NCBI GenBank assembly: GCA_964619725.1
Contig: CAZUFC010000115.1
Location: forward strand, 1 to 25,123
Reading direction: 5' to 3'
Length of the DNA stretch: 25,123 bases
Source of the DNA: an uncultured bacterium
Lineage (GTDB): Bacteria; CSSED10-310; CAZUFC01
Below, piece by piece: positions 1-9,743 of this stretch (positions are counted from its first letter, which is position 1; every line of letters begins with the position of its first letter). Position numbers and translations under genes: made by a program. Under the pieces are notes generated by a model. That model did not search any database. It saw only the letters and a list, made by a program, of their open reading frames with translations, and had not been told where the DNA came from.

Positions 1-558
<558 letters not shown>

Positions 559-667
559 AATTTTTTATTTGGTAAACATTTTTGAGCTGAATCGTTCACG
601 ATCCAGCAATTCTTTTCCAGCTTTCTAATTGATCCGGGCCGTTCAAGCTCCAAAGCACACTATTTCA

Positions 668-706
668 TTTTCAAAGAGCCGACTCACCGCTTTTTGTGCG
701 GCGAGT
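668..706 (-). promoter_or_regulatory. rRNA leader antitermination elements (boxB-like hairpin + boxA)
   Basis: Minus strand reads CTCGCCGCACAAAAAGCGGTGAG (hairpin) followed by GCTCTTTGAAAA (668-679), which resembles boxA TGCTCTTTAACA, between the promoter and the 16S start. Confidence 0.75.
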
Positions 707-712
707 TCCGTG

Positions 713-740
713 ATAATAACATCTCGTTTTTTCTTGTCAA
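713..740 (-). promoter_or_regulatory. rRNA proximal sigma70 promoter (P2-like)
   Basis: TTGACA (740-735), 16-nt spacer, TATTAT (718-713), with A-tract UP-element-like sequence upstream (745-780). Confidence 0.85.
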
Positions 741-823
741 GAGCAAAAATGAATTTTTTTCATTTTTTTTTCGCTTTTTCGCGATCATACTCGGTAAACA
801 TCGCTGAATTATCAGCTAACAGT

Positions 824-852
824 AATGTAATATTTCCGTTTCGTTTTGTCAA
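824..852 (-). promoter_or_regulatory. rRNA distal sigma70 promoter (P1-like)
   Basis: TTGACA (852-847), 17-nt spacer, TACATT (829-824). Confidence 0.65.
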
Positions 853-922
853 CAAAAAAAACATAAATGATCGTGCCGCTCTTAACTTTTTCATTTTTAA
901 CTCCTTTCCATTTTAATCCTGT

Positions 923-951
923 TTGACTGGTTTTGCCGGTAATAATAAAAT
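923..951 (+). promoter_or_regulatory. sigma70 promoter of the DUF362-amrS operon
   Basis: TTGACT (923-928), 17-nt spacer, TAAAAT (946-951). This supports ATG 971 as the start rather than TTG 923. Confidence 0.7.
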
Positions 952-970
952 AGTGACGGGAGTGAGCGTA

Positions 971-2023
971 ATGAATGAAAAAAATGAGAAGAGAAGGATA
1001 GGCCGGCGGGAATTTTTCTCCCGGATGGCGATAGCCGGAGCCGGAGCGGGATTATCGTTGCGAGTTACGGGTTGCGAAGCATCGTTATCAGAAAACGAGA
1101 GCGCAAGGAGACCGGATCAGGCGAGCGATCTTTCCGGCAGGGTAGTAGTGATAGAGTGCGCCCGAATGCGTTCCTTGGGGGACGTTTTACCGGTGGAATA
1201 TTTACAGCCATTAATTGAAGAGGGATTGAAGGCTTTAACAGGGCGAGAGAAAGCGAAAGAAGCCTGTGGAGTTTTCGCGGGAGAGGGCGACAGGATAGGG
1301 ATGAAGCTCAATTGTCTTGCCGGTCCGGGGATGTCCACAGAGAGGAATTTAACGGCCGGTGTTGCCGGAGTTTTTCGTGGTAGCGGCATAAAACCGGAGA
1401 ATTTTATTGTCTGGGAGAGGACGAACCGGGAGTTGGAGAGGTGCGGCTATAAAGTCGGTTCGTTGGAGGATGGTTTCCGAGTCATCGGAACGGACAACCG
1501 TGGAGTCGGTTATGAGAAGGAGCCTTTGGTACAAGGAGAGTTATGCAGTCGTTTCAGCCGGATATTAACGCGATTCACGACGGTAATGTTTAATTTGCCG
1601 AAATTGAAGGATCATAATCTTGCCGGTCTTTCGGGCGGCATGAAAAATTTATTCGGAGTAATTCATAATCCCAATAAGATGCACAACGACAACTGCAATC
1701 CATATGTGGCTGATTTAACCGCGTCGGAACCGGTAAAAAGCAAATTAAAATTGACCGTATGCGATGCATTGTCGGTTCAGTATCATGGCGGTCCGGCGTA
1801 TAAGCCCAAATGGGCGGAACCTGCAGGAAAAATTTTGATTTCAGCTGACCCGGCAGCTCTGGACGTCGTCGCTCTTAAACTGCTGGAAGAATTAAGAAAA
1901 AAGAACGATTTGCCTCCGTTAAAGGAGGAGAACAGATATCCGTCATATATAGAAACTGCGGGAAGATACGGACTGGGCGTTATCGATCCTGAATTAATTA
2001 ATGAAAAAGTAATAAAGGGATAA
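971..2023 (+). CDS. DUF362 domain protein with Tat signal and lipobox (predicted Tat lipoprotein)
   Basis: GRREFF twin-arginine motif, hydrophobic stretch and VTG-C lipobox; DUF362-type motifs (GDRIGMKLN, NLPKLKDHNLAGLSGGMKNLFG, SADPAALD). GGGAG RBS before ATG 971. Confidence 0.85.
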   Translation: MNEKNEKRRIGRREFFSRMAIAGAGAGLSLRVTGCEASLSENESARRPDQASDLSGRVVVIECARMRSLGDVLPVEYLQPLIEEGLKALTGREKAKEACGVFAGEGDRIGMKLNCLAGPGMSTERNLTAGVAGVFRGSGIKPENFIVWERTNRELERCGYKVGSLEDGFRVIGTDNRGVGYEKEPLVQGELCSRFSRILTRFTTVMFNLPKLKDHNLAGLSGGMKNLFGVIHNPNKMHNDNCNPYVADLTASEPVKSKLKLTVCDALSVQYHGGPAYKPKWAEPAGKILISADPAALDVVALKLLEELRKKNDLPPLKEENRYPSYIETAGRYGLGVIDPELINEKVIKG

Positions 2024-2037
2024 ACGGAGGGAAATTT

Positions 2038-3189
2038 ATGAAAGATTTATCGAGGCGTAATTTTTTAAAAACCTGTCTTATTGCCGGAGCGGGTTTCAGT
2101 ATGCCGAGGATAATATTCAGCGGCACAGACGACGCCTCCATAATTCGTCCGGGAATCGGAACGAAATCATCGACGCTTTCTTCATTGGAGGCTCGTTATT
2201 ATGAGAAGCTGGAGAACAAGAAGGTGAAGTGCAAATTGTGTCCCCGGGAATGCACGGTTGCTGATTTGGAGCGGGGATATTGCGGAGTAAGAGAGAACCG
2301 CGACGGCGTTTATTACACTTTGGTCTATGGGAGGCCATGCACTTACCATGTGGACCCGATCGAAAAAAAGCCTTTATTTCATTTTCTTCCAGGTACGGGC
2401 GCTTTTTCGCTGGCTGCGGCAGGCTGCAACATACACTGCAAATTCTGTCAGAACTGGGAAATATCTCAGGTCCGGCCTGAACAGATCGACAATATTGAGC
2501 TGCCGCCGGAAAAAGTAGTTAAGGCTGCTGAAAATTACAACTGCCGGAGTATAGCGTTTACATACACTGAGCCAGTGGTATTCACCGAGTATGTACTGGA
2601 TACTGCCGAGAGCGCCGGGGATTCAGAAGTTAAAACAGTCGTAATTTCGAATGGGTATTACCAGAAGGAGCCCCTGAAGGATCTGGCAAGCTGCCTGGAT
2701 GCCGTAAAAATTGATCTGAAAGCCTTCACGGAGAAATTTTACAAGGAATATTGCGACGGCGAACTGAAACCTGTCCTGGAAGCGCTTGAATTACTCGCCT
2801 CAAAAGAGATCTGGTTTGAAATCGTGACGCTTCTTCTTCCGGGATTGAACGACAGTGAGGAGGAGATAAAAAAGCTGTCCAAATGGATTAAAAAAAATCT
2901 GGGAAGCCATGTTCCGCTTCACTTCAGCCGTTTTCATCCCACCTATCAAATGAAGAATCTGCCGCCTACGCCGGCGAAATCGATTACCAGGGCCCGTGAA
3001 GCGGCTCGTGCGGAAGGCTTGGATTTCGTTTACGTGGGAAACTTGCCGGGGCATGACTATGAAAGCACGTATTGTCCCAAATGCGATAAACTGCTCATAA
3101 AACGATTCGGCTATTACGTGAACAAAGTGAATCTTAAGGACGGCAAGTGTCCTGAATGCGATACGAAAATACCAGGCGTCTGGTCATAA
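2038..3189 (+). CDS. amrS: AmmeMemoRadiSam-system radical SAM enzyme with N-terminal Tat signal
   Basis: CxxxCxxC (CNIHCKFC), family motifs DPIEKKPLFHF and AFTYTEP, N-terminal CxxCPxxC...C and C-terminal CPxC..CPxC; SRRNFLK Tat motif; GGAGG RBS. Confidence 0.93.
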   Translation: MKDLSRRNFLKTCLIAGAGFSMPRIIFSGTDDASIIRPGIGTKSSTLSSLEARYYEKLENKKVKCKLCPRECTVADLERGYCGVRENRDGVYYTLVYGRPCTYHVDPIEKKPLFHFLPGTGAFSLAAAGCNIHCKFCQNWEISQVRPEQIDNIELPPEKVVKAAENYNCRSIAFTYTEPVVFTEYVLDTAESAGDSEVKTVVISNGYYQKEPLKDLASCLDAVKIDLKAFTEKFYKEYCDGELKPVLEALELLASKEIWFEIVTLLLPGLNDSEEEIKKLSKWIKKNLGSHVPLHFSRFHPTYQMKNLPPTPAKSITRAREAARAEGLDFVYVGNLPGHDYESTYCPKCDKLLIKRFGYYVNKVNLKDGKCPECDTKIPGVWS

Positions 3190-3700
3190 CGGCAATTCCA
3201 CCCTACAGCTTTCCGGTTGCCTGTGTTTCGTTCCGGAAGCCCGGCTCCTTAAACCGGCGAGAAGAACCAACCCCGAGCCTGCAAGACCGGGACGGGCCAG
3301 AGAGACCTGAATGTTTTTGTCAGGTTGTGTTGAAAAGTGAGCAGCGTCCTATTTTGAATTCCAGGCTCTGGAAATGAGATATCTGGGGTTGAACAACCTA
3401 TCCAACGAGAGCGCATCCTGCCGAATATGCAATAATCTTTGTCTTAGTCGAGGATATCAGCGCCGTTTCAGGCGGTTGTAATGCTTTCGGTTTGACATCA
3501 GCCCTTTTGATTCGTAATAAACTAATAGACGGAGTCCTCGCGACTCCTGTGGGAACCTCGCCGGAGGAACGATAAAAACCGATCGTTTTTATCTTACACG
3601 AATCAAACTGAATTACATATATTTCCATAATTAAAAGAAGAAATCAATATCGTCGCGTCAGCGGCGATCAGCAGTCTATTCATGTACTGAGGAATTTATT

Positions 3701-6700
3701 ATGATGAATCATGACGAATTGGAAGGACGCGATTTACGGATGTTTGAAGCAGGCGAAAGCAGTGAAACGGATAATTATGATGAGATAGAGAAATGCATCG
3801 TTCATAGTGCAGACATGGACGAACTGCTTCGATTTAAGACGATTTTCAAGCATTGCAGCATAGGCTTTTTAATCATAGATCCCGGGACGCACCAGATAGT
3901 GCACGTCAACCCTGCAGCCCAGGAAATGCTGAAGGCGCAAGAGAATGAAATCATCGGCGAAATGTGTCATAAGTTCATTTATTCATGCCGCAACGGAAAA
4001 TGCCCCATAACGGACTTAGGTCTTCAAAACGACAAAACGGAATGTCATTTGAGGAACAATGAGGGAAGCTTTCTTCCGATACTTAAAAGCGTCTCTCAGA
4101 TATCGATAGGGGCCGAAGAATATCTTATCGAGAGCATAATAGACATTAAAAAGCAAAAGAAGGCAGAGCAGGCTTTAATCGAATCAAAAATTCAATATGA
4201 AACGGTGGTGAACAGCATAAATATCGGTTTGTCCATGATCAGTCCATCAATGGAAATTCTGTCATTAAATAAAAATATGAAAGAGCGCTTTCCTCATATA
4301 GACGTATCGGAAAGACCCTTATGCTACCGTTCTTTTTACGATCCTCCCAAAGAATCCATCTGCTCTTATTGTCCAACCGTGAAAACCTTGGCAGACGGAA
4401 AAATACATGAAGCGGAAATAGAGATCGGGAACGAAAAAACGGCTAAAAACTTCCGGTTAGTTTCTTCCCCCATTAAGAATGCTGAAAACGAGACTGTTGC
4501 GGCTGTTGAGCTGATTGAGGACATAACAGAGCGAAAAAGACTGGAGGAAGAGCTGAAGAAGTTTAAGATGATAGCTGACAGGGCAAACTACGGGATTGCC
4601 CTGGTGGATATGGATGGACGGTTGACCTATATCAACCAATACATAGCGAACATCCACGGCTATGAACCTGAAGACCTCATCGGCAGTCACGTCAGTATTT
4701 TTTACGACGAATCACAATTGAAAATAGTCCGCGAGACGGTCAAAAGGCCGCATGAGGAATTAAGCATAAATGCCATGGAAATGCAGCATTTTCGGAAAGA
4801 CGGCAAGGCGATCCCAATGCTTCTGAATTTAAATCTTGTGAAAGGTAAAGATGACAGGCCGAAGATGGTGGCAGTCACCGCCCTGGATATTTCCGAGTAT
4901 AAAACAACCAAGGAAGCCCTGACCAAGATCGAGAAAAAATATCAGACTATAATCGAATACACGGGAGAAATGATCTTTCAAACTGATCAGGACGGCAATT
5001 TCACTTATATCAATCCCAAAGTTGAGACATTGATCGGTTACAAGGCGCGGGAACTTTTGGGAAAACCATTTTTGACGCCTGTTTCGGACGAATGGCGCGA
5101 CAAAACGTTGAATTTTTACAGGAAACAATTGAAGCGCAAATTATCTGATACGTATTATGAATGTGAATTCACGGCGAAGAGCGGAGAAAAAAAATGGGTG
5201 GGTCAAACCGTATCTTTGCTTTGGGATAACGATAGAGTCATAGGTTATAACGGCATAGTACGCGATTTAACGGCCAAGAAGGCGGGGGAAAAAGAGACAA
5301 TAGAGGCGAAAAAGGCGGCGGAATTTGAATCGACGAAACTGCGGTCCATGCTGGAGGGTATGGAGGAGGGAGTATTGGTAACGGATGATGCGGAACGCAT
5401 AATTGAGGCGAATAAGTGGTTTCTTGATGCCGTAGCGATGACCCGGCGTGAAATCCTGAGCAAACATATAAGCGAAATAGAGGAGATCAGGGAATGTAAA
5501 AGAATCCAGGAAATCATCAACTGCTATAAAACCGGGAACTCCGTTAAAAGCGAGACCATAACGACCGATTTCCTCAACAGTTACGTCAACCTTCGAATAC
5601 AACCCATTTTTTTCGATTCTCATTATAAGGGGATCATTATAAACATCTATGACGTCACGGAACTTCAGAAGGCTCGAATAGAAGCCGAATCCGCCAACAA
5701 AGCCAAGAGCGATTTTCTGGCCATGATGAGTCATGAAATAAGAACGCCCATGAACGGCATAATAGGGTTGACGGAATTGACGCTGGATACGGAATTGTCT
5801 TCTCAGCAAAGGGATTATCTTCAGTCGGTGAAATCATCCGCTGATGCCTTGTTGAATATCATCAACGACGTACTGGATTTTTCAAAGATAGAGTCAGGCA
5901 ATCTTGAAATTGAAGAGTTGCCTTTCAGCCTTCACGGTTTGATTGAAAGCGTTCTGGAATTGATGGCGCTCAAGGTTCATGAAAAGCAGCTTGAATTGGC
6001 GGGCCGGATCGGCGGCGATGTTCCGGACAGCGTTCTGGGGGATCCGGGAAGGATACGCCAGATATTGATCAACCTTGTCGGCAATGCCGTAAAGTTCACC
6101 GAAAAAGGCGAGATAGTAATGAGCGTAGAAACTTTATCGACAGCCGGAAATGAGATAGAGCTGAAATTTTCCATTAGAGATACCGGGATAGGAATACCGG
6201 ATAAAAAACTGGCCTCAATTTTCGATCCCTTCCGACAGGCAGACGGTTCGACGACACGGAGATTCGGAGGAACCGGACTGGGATTGTCCATATCGCGACA
6301 GCTTGCGGTCCTTATGAACGGCGCCATATGGGCGGAGAGCCGGATCGGCGAAGGGAGCACGTTTTATTTCACCGTAAAGTTAAAACAGCAGAAGGAAGAA
6401 AATCCGCACACAAGATCGCCGAACATCGATCTTTCCGAAAAAACCGCTTTAATCATCGACGACAATAAAACCAACCGGGATATACTCAGCGCCACCCTGC
6501 GGGAATGGGGCCTTTCGGTGGTTGAAGCAGCCGATGGAGCGACCGCTCTGAAAAAATGGAATGAATATAAAAATAAAAATAAAAAATTCGACGTCGTTCT
6601 TCTCGATGCATGCATGCCCGAAATTGACGGCTTCAAAACCGCAGAACTCATCCAGGAGGACGGAAATCCGCCGATCATTATGATGCTGACCTCCACCGGC

Positions 6701-7645
6701 TTGAGAGGCGACACCGCCAGATGCAAAAAATTAGGCATTTCCGCTTATTTTCTTAAACCCGTCAAACATTCGGACTTGCTGGACGCTCTGATGATGGTTC
6801 TGGACAGACATTCGGAAAACCGAAAAACGGAAACCGTCATTACCACTCACCTCCTCAATGAAGCCAGAAGAAAAATAAAAATCCTCATCGTCGAGGATAA
6901 CCCCGTAAACCGAAAACTCGCCAAAGCCGTGGTCAAGAAAAAAGGGTGGAAAGTCGCCGTCGCCGTAAATGGAAAGGAAGCTGTCGAAAAATGGAAAAAT
7001 GAAAAATTCGACCTCATTTTGATGGATGTCCAAATGCCCGTTATGGACGGAATTCAAGCCACATCATTGATACGCCGTCAGGAAAAAGAATCGGGAGAAC
7101 ATATCCCCATCATCGCCATGACCGCTCACGCCCTTAAAGAAGACAGAATAAAATTCCTCAATGCAGGCATGGACGATTACATATCAAAACCCGCCAAACC
7201 TAAAGAACTATACGCTGCCATAACGAAATGGGCCGACTTGAAAAACGCCGAAAAATCCCGCCCCGATGCCGAATCCGATGATAATGACGATTACCAGGAG
7301 TCTGAACCAAAATGGTTTAACGTTAATAAAGCCCTCGACCACGTCGATAACGACTCAGAACTCCTGAACGAGGTTATAAGAATTTTCCTGGAGGATACGC
7401 CGATTACGCTGAATTCAATTAAAACAGCTCTGAATAATGAAAATTATGATCAAATAACTGCAGGAGCTCACACGCTTAAAGGTTCGCTGAAAACATTGGG
7501 CCTGGATAATTGCGCGGAATACGCCCAAAAAATGGAAGAAGCAGCCGAAAATCAAAATCTTGATGAAACGATGTCTCTATTTGATAAGATGAATGCCGAA
7601 ATCGAAGAATATTCCAACCTTATTCGGGAGTATTCTCAACAGTGA
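3701..7645 (+). CDS. Cytoplasmic hybrid sensor histidine kinase: ~5 PAS, HisKA, HATPase, 2 REC, Hpt
   Basis: H-box [11 protein letters not shown]-box [24 protein letters not shown]; receiver motifs LLDACMP and LMDVQMP; Hpt AHTLKGS; repeated PAS/PAC ends (EDITERK, LDISEYK, RDLTAKK); no TM segment seen. Confidence 0.96.
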   Translation: MMNHDELEGRDLRMFEAGESSETDNYDEIEKCIVHSADMDELLRFKTIFKHCSIGFLIIDPGTHQIVHVNPAAQEMLKAQENEIIGEMCHKFIYSCRNGKCPITDLGLQNDKTECHLRNNEGSFLPILKSVSQISIGAEEYLIESIIDIKKQKKAEQALIESKIQYETVVNSINIGLSMISPSMEILSLNKNMKERFPHIDVSERPLCYRSFYDPPKESICSYCPTVKTLADGKIHEAEIEIGNEKTAKNFRLVSSPIKNAENETVAAVELIEDITERKRLEEELKKFKMIADRANYGIALVDMDGRLTYINQYIANIHGYEPEDLIGSHVSIFYDESQLKIVRETVKRPHEELSINAMEMQHFRKDGKAIPMLLNLNLVKGKDDRPKMVAVTALDISEYKTTKEALTKIEKKYQTIIEYTGEMIFQTDQDGNFTYINPKVETLIGYKARELLGKPFLTPVSDEWRDKTLNFYRKQLKRKLSDTYYECEFTAKSGEKKWVGQTVSLLWDNDRVIGYNGIVRDLTAKKAGEKETIEAKKAAEFESTKLRSMLEGMEEGVLVTDDAERIIEANKWFLDAVAMTRREILSKHISEIEEIRECKRIQEIINCYKTGNSVKSETITTDFLNSYVNLRIQPIFFDSHYKGIIINIYDVTELQKARIEAESANKAKSDFLAMMSHEIRTPMNGIIGLTELTLDTELSSQQRDYLQSVKSSADALLNIINDVLDFSKIESGNLEIEELPFSLHGLIESVLELMALKVHEKQLELAGRIGGDVPDSVLGDPGRIRQILINLVGNAVKFTEKGEIVMSVETLSTAGNEIELKFSIRDTGIGIPDKKLASIFDPFRQADGSTTRRFGGTGLGLSISRQLAVLMNGAIWAESRIGEGSTFYFTVKLKQQKEENPHTRSPNIDLSEKTALIIDDNKTNRDILSATLREWGLSVVEAADGATALKKWNEYKNKNKKFDVVLLDACMPEIDGFKTAELIQEDGNPPIIMMLTSTGLRGDTARCKKLGISAYFLKPVKHSDLLDALMMVLDRHSENRKTETVITTHLLNEARRKIKILIVEDNPVNRKLAKAVVKKKGWKVAVAVNGKEAVEKWKNEKFDLILMDVQMPVMDGIQATSLIRRQEKESGEHIPIIAMTAHALKEDRIKFLNAGMDDYISKPAKPKELYAAITKWADLKNAEKSRPDAESDDNDDYQESEPKWFNVNKALDHVDNDSELLNEVIRIFLEDTPITLNSIKTALNNENYDQITAGAHTLKGSLKTLGLDNCAEYAQKMEEAAENQNLDETMSLFDKMNAEIEEYSNLIREYSQQ

Positions 7646-7687
7646 CCCTCATAAATAACGCTCCGCCGGACAGATTCTCTTTTTTCT

Positions 7688-8878
7688 TTAAGATTTTCTG
7701 CTTTTAAAAACGCGAAGAGCTTCTCGAAATTCAATTATTCTACTTCTCCAGCCGTCGTCGCTGCTGTTCGCCAGATATTTTTCAATATAACCTTCCAATA
7801 CTTCAAAGTTTTCTACAGAATTCTCCTGGTTCATAATAATGAGATTAAACAGCGCCGGCATATAATCCGGGTCTCTCTCCAGCGCTTTAACAAACATCTT
7901 CCTGGCTTCCTGGATTTCTTTTTTCAAAAGCATAAGTACGCCCAGATCATTATATGCTGCCGGTTTTCCGTGACTGAGATGAATTCTTTTCCTTAACAGC
8001 TCTTTCGTTTCATCATTTCTTTTACCCATAATGATGAGATAATGACTTTCAAGCCTGTAAGAACGATCGTTTTCTCCCATTTTGCTTTTATAATTCTCGT
8101 ACGCTTGCGACAACTTACCGCGCAATTCTGCGTTTTCTGCACCCAAAGGCCATCCGTTAACATAAGGACATCTGTATGATCCGTCGATCCTGTATCCTTC
8201 CAATCCGTTGTACTGATGGTATTCCTCCAACGCCAGACTCAATTTGCGATGAGCGTCCGGCGGCGCAGGATTTACTTGTAATCTCTCGTTCAAACATAAA
8301 AAGACGACAATAAGCACGGCAAAAACTGCACCTGTCGCTTTCAATGCCGTCATCGGACTCGGCTTTAACACCCCGGATTTAAGCACGGATTTCACTCGGC
8401 GGGAATAAACGCCGAAAGCATGTTTCTTCTCGGTTGCCGATGCAGCCTCTCTTTCCCTGCGATTCATCGCAAGCACTCGTCTTTCCAAACGAAAATCATC
8501 ACTCTCCTTCAGCTCCCCGGCCTCACCGTTCAACAGGCTCAAATCATCCGTAATTTCCCACGCATCTTCCGTCTCATCCTGCTTTATCAGTTCAGAAACC
8601 GTTCTGCGACACTTCTCGCATCCGTTCATATGTCTTATGAGCCGTTTTCCGGATGAATATTCTGTTCCGCTTATAACGAATCGCTGCAACGCTGCAATGT
8701 CAGGACATACTTCCAGCGCTTCCCGTTCATCCGTCAATGAGCTTTTGGGTGAATTTTCTATGATCATATTCCGGCATTCGTCGCAAACAAAATAATGATA
8801 CAAAAGTTGTTTCCAGACATCTTTCTCCATCGGCATATCATTCCGATAAATAAAATACCTGAATCGTTTGCAGTTCAT
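7688..8878 (-). CDS. Putative anti-sigma factor: two zf-HC2-like motifs, one TM helix, extracytoplasmic TPR
   Basis: C...HYFVCDEC and CPD...HMNGCEKC motifs; TM GAVFAVLIVVFLCL; TPR AAYNDLGV...ALERDPDYMPALFNL; lies directly downstream of the ECF sigma gene. Confidence 0.8.
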   Translation of the reverse strand: MNCKRFRYFIYRNDMPMEKDVWKQLLYHYFVCDECRNMIIENSPKSSLTDEREALEVCPDIAALQRFVISGTEYSSGKRLIRHMNGCEKCRRTVSELIKQDETEDAWEITDDLSLLNGEAGELKESDDFRLERRVLAMNRREREAASATEKKHAFGVYSRRVKSVLKSGVLKPSPMTALKATGAVFAVLIVVFLCLNERLQVNPAPPDAHRKLSLALEEYHQYNGLEGYRIDGSYRCPYVNGWPLGAENAELRGKLSQAYENYKSKMGENDRSYRLESHYLIIMGKRNDETKELLRKRIHLSHGKPAAYNDLGVLMLLKKEIQEARKMFVKALERDPDYMPALFNLIIMNQENSVENFEVLEGYIEKYLANSSDDGWRSRIIEFREALRVFKSRKS

Positions 8879-9015
8879 CTCATTATTTTCCTTTCCGAAA
8901 AATAATCTCCATTTTTTATTTTATTTTTCTTTCGGTTGATTCCGGATCGAGTTCAGACTCATAACCCGTCTATATATATAGACGTTTTTTTTTGCCCATA
9001 TTCCCACTTCGAATT

Positions 9016-9672
9016 TCATTTTTTTTTTATTTTTTGCCGGAATTTTTTTCGAAATCGACTTAATACATGCTGAACATCTTTTTTCTTAACCTGTAACCCT
9101 TTGATTTTAATAATTTCATCGACCGATAATCCTTCAATGAAGAAAAACTTCAGAATAAGTCTGTTTTTTTCTTTAGTTTTTTTTGAGCCATAATTCTGAA
9201 TCAAATAAATGAATTGTCTCTGCATTTCAATGACCGTCTGATTTTTAAAGGGGCAATCTGCTTTATCATCTTCGATCAGATCAATGAGCATGTAATTAGA
9301 GTGAGAGCTTGCTTCATCAACCATCGGCGTAAAGAGAGACTCAAGATAGGCTTTTCTTTTCGAGGTATTTTTTTTTCTGTAATGATCGAGGGTTACGGTA
9401 ACGGCGATCATTTTCAAGAAATTAATGAATTCGCCGGCCGTAAGACCTTTGAAATTTCTTAAAGTATGATAATTATTCTTGATGAGTCGTTTATAAACAT
9501 TCTGGATCAAATCTTCCACGGTTTCCTCAGTAAAGGAATCGGTCACTGAAAAACAGGCGAATCGAACGGATTTCACAATAAATTTGTTGAAAAGGCGAAA
9601 GAAATGTCTCCAGGCGGCATCATCGCCTTTAATGCAAGCATCGATTATTTCAGGAAGTCTTTTAAAAGCCAT
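9016..9672 (-). CDS. ECF-type sigma-70 family RNA polymerase sigma factor
   Basis: Region 2 motifs (GDDAAWRHFF, VEDLIQNVY, FLKMIAVTVTLDHYRK) and a region 4-like C-terminus (FFIEGLSVDEI); 218 aa. Confidence 0.9.
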   Translation of the reverse strand: MAFKRLPEIIDACIKGDDAAWRHFFRLFNKFIVKSVRFACFSVTDSFTEETVEDLIQNVYKRLIKNNYHTLRNFKGLTAGEFINFLKMIAVTVTLDHYRKKNTSKRKAYLESLFTPMVDEASSHSNYMLIDLIEDDKADCPFKNQTVIEMQRQFIYLIQNYGSKKTKEKNRLILKFFFIEGLSVDEIIKIKGLQVKKKDVQHVLSRFRKKFRQKIKKK

Positions 9673-9695
9673 TGTTCCGCAATTCCCTCAGTATT

Positions 9696-9724
9696 ATTAT
9701 AGAGCAGCCTGATCGGATGGTCAA
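9696..9724 (-). promoter_or_regulatory. sigma70 promoter for the ECF sigma gene
   Basis: TTGACC (9724-9719), 17-nt spacer, TATAAT (9701-9696), then GAGGG RBS and ATG 9672. Confidence 0.8.
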
Positions 9725-9743
9725 AACAGGAAGGGGATAAAAA

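Noticed and set aside
3190-3312. Cobalamin- or c-di-GMP-riboswitch-like fragments (GCCAGAGAGACCTG; minus-strand CCGGTTTAAGGAGCCGGG)
   Set aside because: The other required conserved elements (GGGAA and GCCACTG boxes; GGCAAA...GAAA...GACGCAAA) are absent.
3525-3550. Fluoride-riboswitch-like GACGGAGTCCTC...GACTCCTG
   Set aside because: Too compact; lacks the intervening stem and pseudoknot.
4457-7057. Antisense ORFs inside the kinase (and similar ones inside other long genes)
   Set aside because: Shadow ORFs of well-supported genes with no recognisable motifs.
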